From a virus (lineage: Duplodnaviria > Heunggongvirae > Uroviricota > Caudoviricetes), in IMG/VR virus record IMGVR_UViG_2740892119_000002: a stretch of 64,000 nucleotides of DNA, one strand, 5' to 3'. Both the position numbers and the translations under genes were made by a program. Below the pieces are notes generated by a model. It was not told the origin of the DNA. It ran no database searches and worked only from the letters and a program-made list of their open reading frames with translations. Positions 23,562 to 33,856 of this stretch are shown here, in pieces. Each line of letters starts with the position of its first letter. Position 1 is the first letter of the stretch.

Positions 23562-24203
23562 TTATAGAATATTATTCTTTCCGGTGAGTATTCCTTGAGG
23601 AACTCTAGCGCATCCCATAATTTGAGTTTTCTTGATGATGTTTATATATGACGCTATCAGCGATGAGTCATCACGACTATCCACTTCACAAGCCATTGCC
23701 CTGATGTAGTCTGCGCTGGCAACGTTGTTGTATTCCGTCGCAAAGCAACAGAGTAACGTCAGAACATGCTCTGTCGTTATTTCGCTCCAGTTGATGTTGA
23801 AAAATTCATCGCCTTTTTTATCGTGTTCGGAATCGAAGATGCTTTGGTGGAGGATGTATTTGCCGGATTCCTTGCGCGGTAACTTGATTGCTTTCTGGCG
23901 TTCCAGCTCCTTATAAATCTGCATGGCCTCAATTAGTACCGGCCTGCCGTTCATGAAGGGATCGCGCAACCTTACACGCTGGCCAACTCGACCAGTAATA
24001 AAGCTGTTTTCCTCTTCCACCAGCACGATAAAACCCTTTTCCTCTTTTTCTCGCAATTCGCGCAGCAGCTGGAGTTCCATATCGCGGCGGCGTTCAGGGT
24101 AGCTGGTCCGCTCAGCCATTATCAGCTCGTTGTTGATCCATGCAGCAGTCATTGACGCCGGTTTACCGACGCTCATCGAAACAACGCATATTTTCTTATC
24201 CAT
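23562..24203 (-). CDS. Hypothetical protein (positional equivalent of P1 mat)
   Basis: 213 aa from the ATG with AGGGG SD (track start is a rare CTG); 3' end is AT-rich. Confidence 0.55.
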   Translation of the reverse strand: MDKKICVVSMSVGKPASMTAAWINNELIMAERTSYPERRRDMELQLLRELREKEEKGFIVLVEEENSFITGRVGQRVRLRDPFMNGRPVLIEAMQIYKELERQKAIKLPRKESGKYILHQSIFDSEHDKKGDEFFNINWSEITTEHVLTLLCCFATEYNNVASADYIRAMACEVDSRDDSSLIASYINIIKKTQIMGCARVPQGILTGKNNIL

Positions 24204-24391
24204 AGCGCCCCTACAAAAAAGAAAAGCCACCAGCGGCGGCTTAGCAATACAACTGAAGGTAGCGCCCGGTACTCAGACTGTGCCGTCCATGGAATATTTG
24301 AAAAGGGATCCATCCGTACCGGGCATGTGATGATTCTGACTGAAGTCACTTGTCAGTTGTCAATTATTTCAGATTAAAAATAATATATTTA

Positions 24392-24952
24392 TTAGTGCAT
24401 GATGTTTGCCATCTCATAGGCGTCAGCCAGCAACTCCATCTCTGACTTGTTCAGCAAGGTGAATTCTTTCTTGCCTCCAACCACACCATCGGCATGAACA
24501 GGGACCAGCCAGGGGTATTTTTCTCTTACTTCAGCCGGTGCTGCATGCTGGTGGTGCCATCTACAAAGTGGCAATTGCTTTTTATGACAACCCGGCGCGG
24601 TACGACCGGCGATATGGTGCAGAGACACCTCATTAGATATTACTCCATGCATATAGCAGGCAATGCAGGGGAGAGCGCCAAGAGCATTGGCGATGCGCCG
24701 TTCCTCCGCCGTTGGTGTTCTCCCCTTCAAGCCACGAGATTTTATTTTTACCGCGCTTTTCCGCGTTTTGCTGGCTGGTGGGCGCTCTTTCTGTTTAGCG
24801 ATACGGCGGTCGATAGCATCCCGCATTTTCTGATATTGAGATTCTCGCCAGACCGGATCAGCCAACTTCTCCCGTTGCCGATCGATCGCTCGTTCTCTGG
24901 CTGCCTTCTGCCACTTGCGGCACTGTTCAATTTTTTGTTCGATTGTTTTCAT
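24392..24952 (-). CDS. ref: Ref HNH endonuclease (recombination enhancement)
   Basis: 186 aa; Cys/His-rich HNH-like C-terminal half (CIACYMHG...HHIAG...CRWHHQH). Confidence 0.85.
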   Translation of the reverse strand: MKTIEQKIEQCRKWQKAARERAIDRQREKLADPVWRESQYQKMRDAIDRRIAKQKERPPASKTRKSAVKIKSRGLKGRTPTAEERRIANALGALPCIACYMHGVISNEVSLHHIAGRTAPGCHKKQLPLCRWHHQHAAPAEVREKYPWLVPVHADGVVGGKKEFTLLNKSEMELLADAYEMANIMH

Positions 24953-24958
24953 ATGGTC

Positions 24959-24984
24959 AAAAAAAAGGCGGCCTAATGGCCGCC
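24959..24984 (-). terminator. Intrinsic terminator-like hairpin 6 nt upstream of the ref ATG
   Basis: On the minus strand GGCGGCC-ATTA-GGCCGCC followed by T8, then gaccat-ATG(ref). Confidence 0.5.
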
Positions 24985-25050
24985 AATGATGTCAAGGAGT
25001 GAAGTAATGGCAACGTCTTCGTAGTTGACAAAAACTGCGGCTTAATTATA

Positions 25051-25067
25051 GCAATCAATTAGAGCAA
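25051..25067. promoter_or_regulatory. C1 operator-like site (14/17) with a -10-like TATAAT, upstream of ref
   Basis: CAATCAATTAGAGCAAT; a weaker second copy lies adjacent at about 25038..25054. Confidence 0.55.
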
Positions 25068-25173
25068 TGGTAGATATTTTGTTAATCGCGAATCACATTT
25101 TTTCACTTCAGTACCTGTGTGCTATACTCCTTCTTGATTGATTGGATGCGGAATACAAACCCGCTCTTTTGTG

Positions 25174-25202
25174 CAGCCTGGCTCCTTGCCAGGCTTTTTT
25201 TA
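25174..25202 (+). terminator. Plus-strand rho-independent terminator
   Basis: AGCCTGGC-TCCTT-GCCAGGCT followed by T8. Confidence 0.55.
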
Positions 25203-25511
25203 TTTCATCATGGAAGCTGTTAACGCTTTGGATCTTGCTGAACTGATTGAAAGGGCATTGTTTACCTTACCCAGGAGTTCGCCAAATTCCACCATCACTC
25301 TAGTAAGCCCGCGCCGCGCTTCCTCCTCCGTTGCATTCATCACAAAATGTTCAGCACTCCGCATGCTTTTAACGGGGAACGCAACAGATATCGAGTCGAT
25401 ATCAGGCATCCTATCGCTCAACTTTACGGTGACAATGACAGATGGTGACTGAATTTGAGAGCTTACAGACAGCACCACATATTTTCCGTCTATTTTGAAA
25501 TCCTTCCGCAT
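25200..25511 (-). CDS. Hypothetical protein, C1-operator proximal
   Basis: 103 aa; ATG with GGTGA upstream; operator 17 bp upstream. Confidence 0.5.
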   Translation of the reverse strand: MRKDFKIDGKYVVLSVSSQIQSPSVIVTVKLSDRMPDIDSISVAFPVKSMRSAEHFVMNATEEEARRGLTRVMVEFGELLGKVNNALSISSARSKALTASMMK

Positions 25512-25527
25512 GTGTCACCATAAATAT

Positions 25528-25544
25528 CAAATAATTAGAGCAAT
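25528..25544. promoter_or_regulatory. C1 operator-like site (14/17)
   Basis: CAAATAATTAGAGCAAT between the cre stop and the 103-aa gene. Confidence 0.55.
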
Positions 25545-25561
25545 CTTGCGCAAATGAACGG

Positions 25562-26593
25562 CTAATCGCCATCTTCCAGCAGGCGCACCATTGCCCCCGT
25601 TTCACTATCCAGGTTACGAATGTAGTTCATGACAATATTTACGTTGGTCCAGCCACCAGCTTGCATGATCTCCGGTATTGAAACTCCGGCGCGGGCCATA
25701 TCTCGCGCGGCTCCGACACGGGCACTGTGTCCAGACCAGGCCAGGTACCTCTGGCCAGAGTCATCCTTAGCCCCGTAAATCAATCGGTGAGTTGCTTCAA
25801 AAATCCCTTCCAGGGCGCGAGTTGATAGCTGGCTGGTGGCAGATGGCGCGGCAACACCATTTTTTCTGACACGGCAAAACAAGTAGTTATTCGGATCATC
25901 AGCCACACCAGAGACAGAAATCCATCGCTCAACCAGTTTAGTTACCCCCAGACTAAGTGCCTTCTCTACACCAGCGGTGCTAACCAGCGTTTTCGTTCTG
26001 CCAATATGGATTAACATTCTCCCACCGTCAGTACGTGAGATATCTTTAACTCTGATCCTAGAAATTTCGGCTATACGTAACAGGGTGTTATAAGCAATCC
26101 CCAGAAATGCCAGATTACGTATATCCTGGCAGCGATCGCTATTTTCCATGAGTGAACGAACCTGGTCGAAATCAGTGCGTTCGAACGCCAGCGCCTGTTT
26201 TGCACGCTCACCGGCATCAACGTTTTCTTTTCGGATCCGTCGCATGACCAGTGAAACAGCATTGCTGTCACTTGGTCGTGGCAGCCCGGACCGACGATGA
26301 AGCATATTTAGCTGGCCCAAATGTTGCTGGATAGTTTTCACTGCCAGACCGCGCGCCTGAAGATATAGAAGATAATCGCGAACATCTTCAGGTTCTGCGG
26401 GAAACCATTTCCGGTTATTCAACTTGCACCATGCCGCCCACGATCGGCAAACGGACAGAAGCATTTTCCAGGTATGCTCAGAAAACGCCTGGCGATCCCT
26501 GAACATGTCCATCAGGTTCTTGCGAACCTCATCACTCGTTGCATCGACCGGTAATGCAGGCAAATTTTGGTGTACGGTCAGTAAATTGGACAT
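25562..26593 (-). CDS. cre: Cre site-specific tyrosine recombinase
   Basis: 343 aa beginning MSNLLTVHQNLPALPVDATSDEVRKNLMDMFRDRQAFSEHTWKMLLSVCRSWAAWC; matches Cre as recalled. Confidence 0.98.
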   Translation of the reverse strand: MSNLLTVHQNLPALPVDATSDEVRKNLMDMFRDRQAFSEHTWKMLLSVCRSWAAWCKLNNRKWFPAEPEDVRDYLLYLQARGLAVKTIQQHLGQLNMLHRRSGLPRPSDSNAVSLVMRRIRKENVDAGERAKQALAFERTDFDQVRSLMENSDRCQDIRNLAFLGIAYNTLLRIAEISRIRVKDISRTDGGRMLIHIGRTKTLVSTAGVEKALSLGVTKLVERWISVSGVADDPNNYLFCRVRKNGVAAPSATSQLSTRALEGIFEATHRLIYGAKDDSGQRYLAWSGHSARVGAARDMARAGVSIPEIMQAGGWTNVNIVMNYIRNLDSETGAMVRLLEDGD

Positions 26594-26600
26594 TTAACAC

Positions 26601-26822
26601 TCAGATAATGGTTTTAAGTAAAGTGTACAGGATCGGCTCTGCCTTTACCTGTTTATGGTTCTCGTCATAGAAACGCCAGCGACCGCGCGTGCGTTCTATT
26701 TTCTCTTCACCGCGCGATAATGACAGTTGACAACTATCACGATCAAACCCTTTTGCCCGCCAGTAACCACGGTTTTTCTCAAGCTCAATATGAGTGGACA
26801 CTTTAGCAGCTGAATATCCCAT
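26601..26822 (-). CDS. cra: Cra-like small protein (cre-associated)
   Basis: 73 aa immediately upstream of cre. Confidence 0.6.
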   Translation of the reverse strand: MGYSAAKVSTHIELEKNRGYWRAKGFDRDSCQLSLSRGEEKIERTRGRWRFYDENHKQVKAEPILYTLLKTII

Positions 26823-26919
26823 TTTTCACCTCTGATTGATTGGTGGTGCTAAGTGCGCTACGCGAAATCTGGAGCACTAACACTGCCAACATTTCACAGA
26901 TTTTACGTAGCGCAACCTT

Positions 26920-26992
26920 GATCAAATGATCAAGTGATCACTATTTGACCTGATAAGGTATTGAACTGTATGGATTTACAGGTAAATTGATC
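26920..26992. promoter_or_regulatory. GATC (Dam site) cluster in the cre/cra upstream region
   Basis: Four GATC within about 75 bp (TTGATCAAATGATCAAGTGATCAC ... TTGATCAT) between cra and loxP. Confidence 0.4.
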
Positions 26993-27011
26993 ATGTTCAA
27001 TAACCCTTAAG

Positions 27012-27045
27012 ATAACTTCGTATAATGTATGCTATACGAAGTTAT
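27012..27045 (+). other. loxP: loxP recombination site
   Basis: Exact ATAACTTCGTATA-ATGTATGC-TATACGAAGTTAT. Confidence 0.97.
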
Positions 27046-27079
27046 TAGGTCCGAAGAGGAGTTTACGTCCAGCTGCGCA

Positions 27080-27096
27080 TAAAAATCAAGAATTAT
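27080..27096. promoter_or_regulatory. C1 operator-like site (15/17)
   Basis: AGAATTATTAGAGCAAT in the immC upstream region. Confidence 0.6.
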
Positions 27097-27165
27097 TAGA
27101 GCAATAAATTTTGAGAGAAAAATCCCACTCCACCAGCCAAAAACTGGATTGTTTTTCATAGTTGT

Positions 27166-27192
27166 TTGACAATTGCTCTAATAAATTATAGT
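27166..27192 (+). promoter_or_regulatory. Candidate sigma70 promoter with embedded C1 operator (16/17) for coi-c1
   Basis: TTGACA, then operator ATTGCTCTAATAAATTA (27172..27188), then TATAGT. Confidence 0.6.
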
Positions 27193-27426
27193 TTTGCCGC
27201 CGTTTCGTAATACGACTTTGGATTCACTATTTAATGTGTCTTCAGCGTTGTAGAGCGGCTCAGAAGGAAATGAGCAAACAGGGAAACCTTATACAACGGC
27301 ATTACAGCTATGCATTGCTCATCTTACACACAGCGCAATGTTGTTAGATTACCCCAGCATGGATCATGGGTGAAACAGTAGGTCAGAGCTTCAGGCTCTG
27401 TGTTGTCAATACAGTGAGGCATAATT

Positions 27427-27636
27427 ATGGCTTTCATTCCACCAACCATCGACGACGTTAGACATTGCTCTAACGCTTTATCTGTAGACCCCGCCGAAAC
27501 CGACGCTGCCCGCGCCATTGCTGAACACTACTCAAAGATATCCAATCAGGAGTACCGCATCACCCAAGACGACCTGGATGATCTCACTGACACAATCGAA
27601 TATCTCATGGCCACTAACCAGCCAGACTCACAATAA
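27427..27636 (+). CDS. coi: Coi (C1 inactivator)
   Basis: 69 aa ORF immediately upstream of c1. Confidence 0.8.
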   Translation: MAFIPPTIDDVRHCSNALSVDPAETDAARAIAEHYSKISNQEYRITQDDLDDLTDTIEYLMATNQPDSQ

Positions 27637-27746
27637 ATGCACTAATAAATCTATTATTTTCGTTGGATCCTTCTATAATGGTGGCCAACAACTCCCAGTG
27701 TAATCCGCTGTGAGTTGTTGGCCATGTCAATTCTGGAGGAGGATCA

Positions 27747-28598
27747 ATGATAAATTATGTCTACGGCGAACAACTGTACCAGGAGTTCGTCAGCTTCAGG
27801 GATCTCTTTCTAAAAAAAGCTGTTGCACGCGCCCAACACGTTGATGCCGCCAGCGACGGTCGTCCTGTTCGCCCGGTTGTCGTTCTGCCGTTCAAAGAAA
27901 CGGACAGCATTCAGGCTGAAATTGATAAATGGACTTTAATGGCGCGGGAACTGGAACAGTATCCAGACCTCAATATCCCAAAGACTATTTTATATCCAGT
28001 GCCTAACATCCTTCGCGGTGTGCGTAAGGTTACAACTTATCAGACAGAAGCTGTGAACAGCGTCAACATGACCGCTGGCCGCATTATTCATCTGATTGAT
28101 AAGGACATTCGCATCCAGAAAAGCGCGGGGATCAATGAGCACAGTGCGAAATACATAGAGAACCTGGAAGCAACAAAAGAGCTAATGAAGCAGTACCCGG
28201 AGGATGAAAAATTCCGTATGCGTGTACACGGCTTTAGCGAAACAATGCTGCGCGTCCATTACATTTCCAGTAGCCCTAACTACAATGATGGTAAATCAGT
28301 TAGTTACCATGTGCCGCTGTGTGGTGTGTTTATCTGCGATGAAACTCTCCGTGATGGAATCATCATCAACGGTGAATTCGAGAAAGCAAAATTTAGCCTT
28401 TATGACTCTATAGAACCGATCATCTGCGACCGCTGGCCGCAGGCAAAAATATATCGCCTGGCAGATATTGAAAATGTAAAAAAACAAATTGCCATCACTC
28501 GCGAAGAGAAAAAGGTCAAATCAGCCGCATCAGTTACGCGCAGCCGTAAAACTAAGAAGGGGCAGCCAGTAAACGACAACCCCGAAAGCGCGCAATAG
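27747..28598 (+). CDS. c1: C1 repressor of lysis
   Basis: 283 aa, MINYVYGEQLYQEFVSFRDLF...; matches P1 C1 as recalled. Confidence 0.95.
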   Translation: MINYVYGEQLYQEFVSFRDLFLKKAVARAQHVDAASDGRPVRPVVVLPFKETDSIQAEIDKWTLMARELEQYPDLNIPKTILYPVPNILRGVRKVTTYQTEAVNSVNMTAGRIIHLIDKDIRIQKSAGINEHSAKYIENLEATKELMKQYPEDEKFRMRVHGFSETMLRVHYISSSPNYNDGKSVSYHVPLCGVFICDETLRDGIIINGEFEKAKFSLYDSIEPIICDRWPQAKIYRLADIENVKKQIAITREEKKVKSAASVTRSRKTKKGQPVNDNPESAQ

Positions 28599-28622
28599 TT
28601 TCTATCCGGCATGGTCAATGAG

Positions 28623-30107
28623 TTATTCATTAAGCCATGCCAGAGCTTCATCAACCTGCGCTTCGTCTTCGACGCTAAGCACCTCATCCTGGGGAACATA
28701 ATCCGCCAGCATAGCGAAACAATATGTATCCCAATGGTCTGGTGAGTGCAGGTTGAGCTTTTTCTTCATGTCTTCCTTAGTCATCACCCGCCATTGACCT
28801 GCGGAGTTAATACCTACAGGTATTTTAGACGCTTCCTCAATGGTTGCATTACCCTTATCCAGTCTCATACGACCAGATTTTACGGCCTCTGCGGCTTGAA
28901 CGTTGGCATAAGCACGTTTATCAAAGTACAGGCTCTTATCTTCACGGCTATGCATCTTTTTACCCCAGCGTATACGCTGTACGGTAATACCATAATACTC
29001 GTACATCAGATCCGCCGTTGCTTTACCCAGGCCATCGCCGTCTATCGCTATGGTGATATTTGGGAATCGCTCAGGATTACATTCTGCGAAAATTTTGGCG
29101 GCAAGCTGCGTTTCTGTAACGTCTGTGTATTCCAGCATTCGATAGTTGATTACACGGCGTTTATTTCGCTGGCCGGACACCATCATGATATTGATAACGG
29201 ACTTATCCCGTCCCGTACCACCAGCAACGTCCACACATGCAAGCCAGCCCCATCCTTTTGCAATCTTGACTTTCCGCCGCGTTGCACGTTCAACCTCATC
29301 ACGTCCAAGAAGGAAGCCATCCTGTGATTTAGGGAATAGGCCGCGTACCTTAATCATGTACATAGGGTTATCACGCCCGCCGTACTCCGCCAGCTTCATT
29401 TTGATAAATGCTGGCGTTACCAACGGTGATTCCTCACTGTTAAGCGTGATCGCCGTATAAACGCCATCAGGGTTACCAGGACGCTTGGCCAGTTTATGGT
29501 GTGTATCGTAGAAATAGCCGCTTGGGCGTGTAGGCTGTGACAGCAATAAGATGCGGTTATCCTGTCCGGTAAGAGCACCGGTGATGATACCGAAAGCTCT
29601 ATCACTGACACCGGAGGCTTCATCGATAATATACAGGAGATGATCTGCGTGTTCACCGGCGAGAGCTTCTTCACTTCCCAGACGAAAGCCCTTCGGTACT
29701 ACAGTCCATACACCTTTACCAGTAATCTCATAGAAAGCGGTTTCTGTCAGAACAAAATAATCAGCAAGCCATGGGAAACGGCTGGTGGCAGTAGCCCAGT
29801 TTATCTTGATGTACTTGAATATACCGGTCATTACCTGCTGAATTTTGTTCGCAACGATAATGGCACGGGCACCTGGATACATGATTATGAACAACATGAT
29901 CATGATAGAAGTCATGTCTGATTTCCCGGTACCGTGACCAGACGAAACAGATGTCTTGCTACCCTGTTCCTGCACAGACTCAATAATCAGATCCTGCTGC
30001 CAGGTAGGTGTTTTGCCGAACAAAACATCAGCGGCAGCAATCCAGTCATAACGATATAGCGCCACCAGCTCGCGCCAACGTGGATCCGTTACGCAACTTC
30101 TGGCCAT
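28623..30107 (-). CDS. pacB: Terminase large subunit PacB
   Basis: 494 aa; GHGTGKSD Walker-A-like motif; follows pacA with ATGA overlap. Confidence 0.85.
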   Translation of the reverse strand: MARSCVTDPRWRELVALYRYDWIAAADVLFGKTPTWQQDLIIESVQEQGSKTSVSSGHGTGKSDMTSIMIMLFIIMYPGARAIIVANKIQQVMTGIFKYIKINWATATSRFPWLADYFVLTETAFYEITGKGVWTVVPKGFRLGSEEALAGEHADHLLYIIDEASGVSDRAFGIITGALTGQDNRILLLSQPTRPSGYFYDTHHKLAKRPGNPDGVYTAITLNSEESPLVTPAFIKMKLAEYGGRDNPMYMIKVRGLFPKSQDGFLLGRDEVERATRRKVKIAKGWGWLACVDVAGGTGRDKSVINIMMVSGQRNKRRVINYRMLEYTDVTETQLAAKIFAECNPERFPNITIAIDGDGLGKATADLMYEYYGITVQRIRWGKKMHSREDKSLYFDKRAYANVQAAEAVKSGRMRLDKGNATIEEASKIPVGINSAGQWRVMTKEDMKKKLNLHSPDHWDTYCFAMLADYVPQDEVLSVEDEAQVDEALAWLNE

Positions 30108-31300
30108 TAATCATCATCCCCGTATAGCTTGCGGGTAACTTCTTCGTCTTCCTCCTCGTCTTCGTCCAGGTCTTGTTCCAGCCATGGGTCGTTTGATACA
30201 CCTTCAGTATCAACATCTCCATAACCGCCTGTATCAACGATATCGGCGATTTCTTCCCTACGCTGCTCAATCCACAATGCGGCATCGGCGCGGCGGTTGG
30301 CGGCCCGTTCTCGCGCAACTTTGTCCAGATCTTCAAGAGAAGGGCCACCGACGGCTGTTTGCCTTTCCTCATCATCGGTATTGGTCTTAGGAGCACGCAG
30401 ATCGGCTTTGATTTGCTCCAGCATCAGGGGCGGCACTTTCCCGCCATGCGCCTCAATGAATTCAGCTGCTTCCAGCACTGACCAGTTATTTTCACGCTTT
30501 CGTTCGTATGCCAGCTTAACAATGCCAGCTTGCCCCATAGACAAAGCGTGCTTTTCCGCCTCCCGGCTTTCTTTTCGATAGTTATTCCGGATGCTGTAAA
30601 TGGTGTTGATCAGGCTGCTTATCTGCGCGGAACAGCTGTTTAGCATGCTCGCGATACGGTATTCAGGCGGAGTACCTTCATCATCGTCTTTTTGCTGATC
30701 GCGCATTTCCTGCACCAGGCGAATACACGTATCCCTGGCGTTCTCCAGCATAAGGAGATGAGAGAGAGACTTTTCCAGAAGAGTGGTTTCCAGAACATCA
30801 GCCCCGGACCGACGCAACATAGCGCGCGCGGCCTTCCGCGCTTCAACGTTATCTATCAGGTAATCGCCAGCTTCGAATTCAAAGCGTTCACCATCATCAT
30901 CCAGGGTGTCGCGTTCCAGGCGATCACGTAAGGTCCGGTGGGCGCGGGTGATCACGTCATGATCATCAGAACGATCATTTATGCGCTTATTCTGGCGCTT
31001 CGCGTTCTCGACTGCGGCACTGACAACAGCATTAACTCTTTGTTTTTCAGCCATTTCAGCCACAACGTGATCACCTGCACGTTGATCATTAGCGTGATCA
31101 ATGATCATGCTTTTTAGTGGTTTTCTGACAGGCTTATTTGGCTTACGGCTGTCCGCTGTTCCGGTGTCTTCTTTGAATGCACGGAGATAACGACGTGCGG
31201 TGTTTGGGTTGAGATTAAACTCGGCGGCATATTGTGCGATGGTGTAACCACCATCTCGCGCCAGGCGAGCAAAATTCTTCTTGTGATCGTCCCAGGTCAC
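30107..31300 (-). CDS. pacA: Terminase subunit PacA
   Basis: 397 aa, [39 protein letters not shown]; GTG start with AAGGAAG SD; contains the pac site. Confidence 0.85.
   Translation of the reverse strand: MTWDDHKKNFARLARDGGYTIAQYAAEFNLNPNTARRYLRAFKEDTGTADSRKPNKPVRKPLKSMIIDHANDQRAGDHVVAEMAEKQRVNAVVSAAVENAKRQNKRINDRSDDHDVITRAHRTLRDRLERDTLDDDGERFEFEAGDYLIDNVEARKAARAMLRRSGADVLETTLLEKSLSHLLMLENARDTCIRLVQEMRDQQKDDDEGTPPEYRIASMLNSCSAQISSLINTIYSIRNNYRKESREAEKHALSMGQAGIVKLAYERKRENNWSVLEAAEFIEAHGGKVPPLMLEQIKADLRAPKTNTDDEERQTAVGGPSLEDLDKVARERAANRRADAALWIEQRREEIADIVDTGGYGDVDTEGVSNDPWLEQDLDEDEEEDEEVTRKLYGDDD
30947..31108. other. pac: pac packaging site (two clusters of TGATCA/G hexamers)
   Basis: GATC elements at about 30949, 30960, 30972 and about 31069, 31084, 31096, 31103, inside the 5' part of pacA. 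Confidence 0.7.
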
Positions 31301-31386
31301 TTATGCTTCCTTTCGTATAAAACTCTTTTTGACGCGAGGGTAACGAAAGTCACATGTCAAAAGGCCCGGAACGGGCAAGCAATCAA

Positions 31387-31839
31387 TCAGATACGTGCGG
31401 ATGTGGCATTACCGTAATGACGGTGCTGACGGACCACCTTATTGAAAAGTTGACGCGCCACCACCCAAGGCTGGTGCTCCCGGCGTTCCTTTTCGTCCTG
31501 CGTCATATAGAGTTCGTTCTGGAGTTTTTCATCAAACCGGCGCGGAGCGCGGCTGCGGCGAAAGAATTCAGGATTCAGAGAGTGGATCTGAAATCTACGT
31601 GGGCGTGTACTGTCATCAATCAAAACAGACGAATACTTAGACACAGCGATAGCCTTTAAGCGCAGATAAACATCGCGCTTATCGACATCCAGATGCGGGT
31701 ATTCCTTTTCAAGAATTGCTGCGAGTTCTTTCGCTGATAGAAGAGATTTAGTGCGGATCATGTAATCCGCAATCTCGTACGATGTTATTCGTGAGTGATT
31801 TATTTCCATGAAGTGGCGTCCCTGCCAGTTAAGTAACAT
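31387..31839 (-). CDS. lpa: Late promoter activator Lpa-like
   Basis: 150 aa ORF upstream of pacA with a C1 operator ahead of it. Confidence 0.65.
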   Translation of the reverse strand: MLLNWQGRHFMEINHSRITSYEIADYMIRTKSLLSAKELAAILEKEYPHLDVDKRDVYLRLKAIAVSKYSSVLIDDSTRPRRFQIHSLNPEFFRRSRAPRRFDEKLQNELYMTQDEKERREHQPWVVARQLFNKVVRQHRHYGNATSARI

Positions 31840-31909
31840 CCTGTCACCTACTGATTAGCCCATGTCAACTAATCAACGTCGAATATAATACCCTCGATTA
31901 AATAAATAG

Positions 31910-31926
31910 CAATACATTAGAGCAAT
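31910..31926. promoter_or_regulatory. C1 operator-like site (14/17)
   Basis: CAATACATTAGAGCAAT, about 70 bp upstream of lpa. Confidence 0.55.
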
Positions 31927-31927
31927 T

Positions 31928-32971
31928 TTATCTAACGCTCGACGAATGACTTGTGATAGCGCCGACTCCAAGCGCGTAATCAAAGAACAATCGTTGATGC
32001 ATCGCCAGCCTACCGTGCGTCTTCTCCCAATTATCGCGGTCACGCTCAATATCACGCTGGCATGACTGGCACAGAGGAATAGCATAAATGTCATGCGCGC
32101 ATAATCGACTATGACGAACGATATAAGGCGTAATGTGAGCGCCAGCTCCCGCAGCTCCACAGCCACAGCATGGACGGGAAGCCACAAAGTCCATGTACTC
32201 GGGCAATTTTAGCGATTGAAGTTTTGGTATCTTGAAATGCGCCATACCTGGGTCGGAGTCAACATCCACAGGGCATACTTTTGCACGCATCGGCGCGGCG
32301 CGTTCTTCCATCATCTGAACATATGCTGTAGCGCGATCGTCATACGGGCGAATATCCGCCTCTTTCAGAGGTCCGCTATCCTGCGGAGTAGCCTTCATCT
32401 TATTTATTGATATGCGGCAGACTTCTTCCGGCATCAGGTGCATCATGTTGCGCATGAAAGCCCACCAGCACAGCTCCTGAATACTTAAATCATGGCTATT
32501 TGAAAGGCCCATTTCCTGACGGGCGACATCCAGTATCCAGTTAACGCGATTATTGTGCAGCGTTTCTTTCAGCTCATTAAAACCACGCATCCGGTAATGG
32601 TTATCGTGATGCCAGCACAACAACACCGCGCTATTGTCTCGTTCAGCGTGGACAATATGGTTGTCACACCAACTACGATCTGCGGCCTGGCATTGACCCT
32701 CTTTCCTACGCAACCACGCCACCAGCGCGTCAATTCCACCAATACGGCGAAACAGTTCATCGCTGTTAAAAAACGGCTGCAACGCCTCATTTGTTGCCAT
32801 GGTTTGCTCGGTAACAACGAGGCCGTCTTCCATGTGCTCGATTAACTCACGCGGCACCGGCTCCATAATAAATTTACGGCCAGCCTCCACCAGCTTTCTG
32901 ACCTCCTGATCCACTTTGAACGTGGCGAGGCCAAGCTCTTTCTGTACAAAGGGAGTAATTACGGCTTTCAC
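31928..32971 (-). CDS. Hypothetical Cys-rich protein (position of P1 pdcB)
   Basis: 347 aa; [12 protein letters not shown] and LCQSCQRD motifs. Confidence 0.55.
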   Translation of the reverse strand: MKAVITPFVQKELGLATFKVDQEVRKLVEAGRKFIMEPVPRELIEHMEDGLVVTEQTMATNEALQPFFNSDELFRRIGGIDALVAWLRRKEGQCQAADRSWCDNHIVHAERDNSAVLLCWHHDNHYRMRGFNELKETLHNNRVNWILDVARQEMGLSNSHDLSIQELCWWAFMRNMMHLMPEEVCRISINKMKATPQDSGPLKEADIRPYDDRATAYVQMMEERAAPMRAKVCPVDVDSDPGMAHFKIPKLQSLKLPEYMDFVASRPCCGCGAAGAGAHITPYIVRHSRLCAHDIYAIPLCQSCQRDIERDRDNWEKTHGRLAMHQRLFFDYALGVGAITSHSSSVR

Positions 32972-32998
32972 ATCACACCTTTAATCACTGATTGGGCT

Positions 32999-33199
32999 TT
33001 ATCTGCTGCCCGGCATTCTCTGTTTAAGCACAACCATTTCCTGACGGCATAACACAGCAATAGCGGTCCTGACTCCAATTTGCTTACCAACCAGGTATTG
33101 CTTTACCTTGCGGCGACTCACGCCATCAAGAAGCATCTTTAACGCTTCACGGGACAATTTGTTGTATTTGCGTGCCATTAATCTACTCCGCAGAACCAT
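32999..33199 (-). CDS. Small basic protein (position of P1 pdcA)
   Basis: 66 aa ORF downstream of doc. Confidence 0.4.
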
Positions 33200-33563
33200 A
33201 CAATCTACGTAACGTGTCGGCGACAGAAGATACAGATATCTCGCCAGTCGCAGCGCCTACAGTAAGGTCTGCCAGTTCAGGTGAATCAAATACCTGCACC
33301 CCGTTACGGCGTAGAAATAGCAGCGCACTGTTTAGCGCGGTACGCTTATTGGCATCATTGAATATATGCCCTCTCGCCGTAGCCACCAGGTAGGTGGCGG
33401 AGACTTCGAAAAGGTCGGTGATCTCTTCGTAGGCAACTCTGGCCTGAACTCTCCCGATAATGGCCTCTGCCCTACCCGGATCTGACATTCCCGGCAGGCC
33501 GCCGTAGCGGCTTATATTCGCATCATGAAGCGCAATAAGTTCTTCCGGTGATATATGCCTCAT
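33183..33563 (-). CDS. doc: Doc toxin (Fic-fold kinase)
   Basis: 126 aa with [11 protein letters not shown] motif. Confidence 0.9.
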
Positions 33564-33784
33564 TATCGGTTAACCAGTTCCTTGTTGGTGGAGTCCAGGG
33601 TGTCAAACAGGGATGCAAATTCAGCATCCAGCGCCGCTTTTTTGTAGGCTTCGAAAGTAGCCTTGCTGACAATTACTGCTGGCTCACGGCCTCTGCGGGT
33701 GATTTCAACCTCTTCCCCGGCTTCAACATTGTTGAGCACTTCAGAAAGGTTGCCACGCGCGGTACGGAAGTTAATGGATTGCAT
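33563..33784 (-). CDS. phd: Phd antitoxin
   Basis: [39 protein letters not shown]; coupled to doc. Confidence 0.9.
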
Positions 33785-33856
33785 AAACACCTCGTGTACT
33801 CGTTATGTGTACACAATTATAAACTTCACAGGCATAAAGCACCAGCACTTTGCAGC

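Noticed and set aside
22372-24391. Type III restriction-modification genes (res/mod) expected at this position from P1
   Set aside because: Searched both strands: no long helicase/endonuclease or N6-MTase ORF; only the 346-aa cargo ORF and the 213-aa mat-position gene are present.
24385-24401. Additional C1 operator candidates at 24385, 27464 (inside coi) and 48333
   Set aside because: Only 12-13 of 17 matches each; too weak to call without a scoring matrix.
25138-25452. Plus-strand ORF spanning the 25174..25202 terminator
   Set aside because: It would be read through a strong intrinsic terminator and overlaps the better-supported minus-strand gene 25200..25511.
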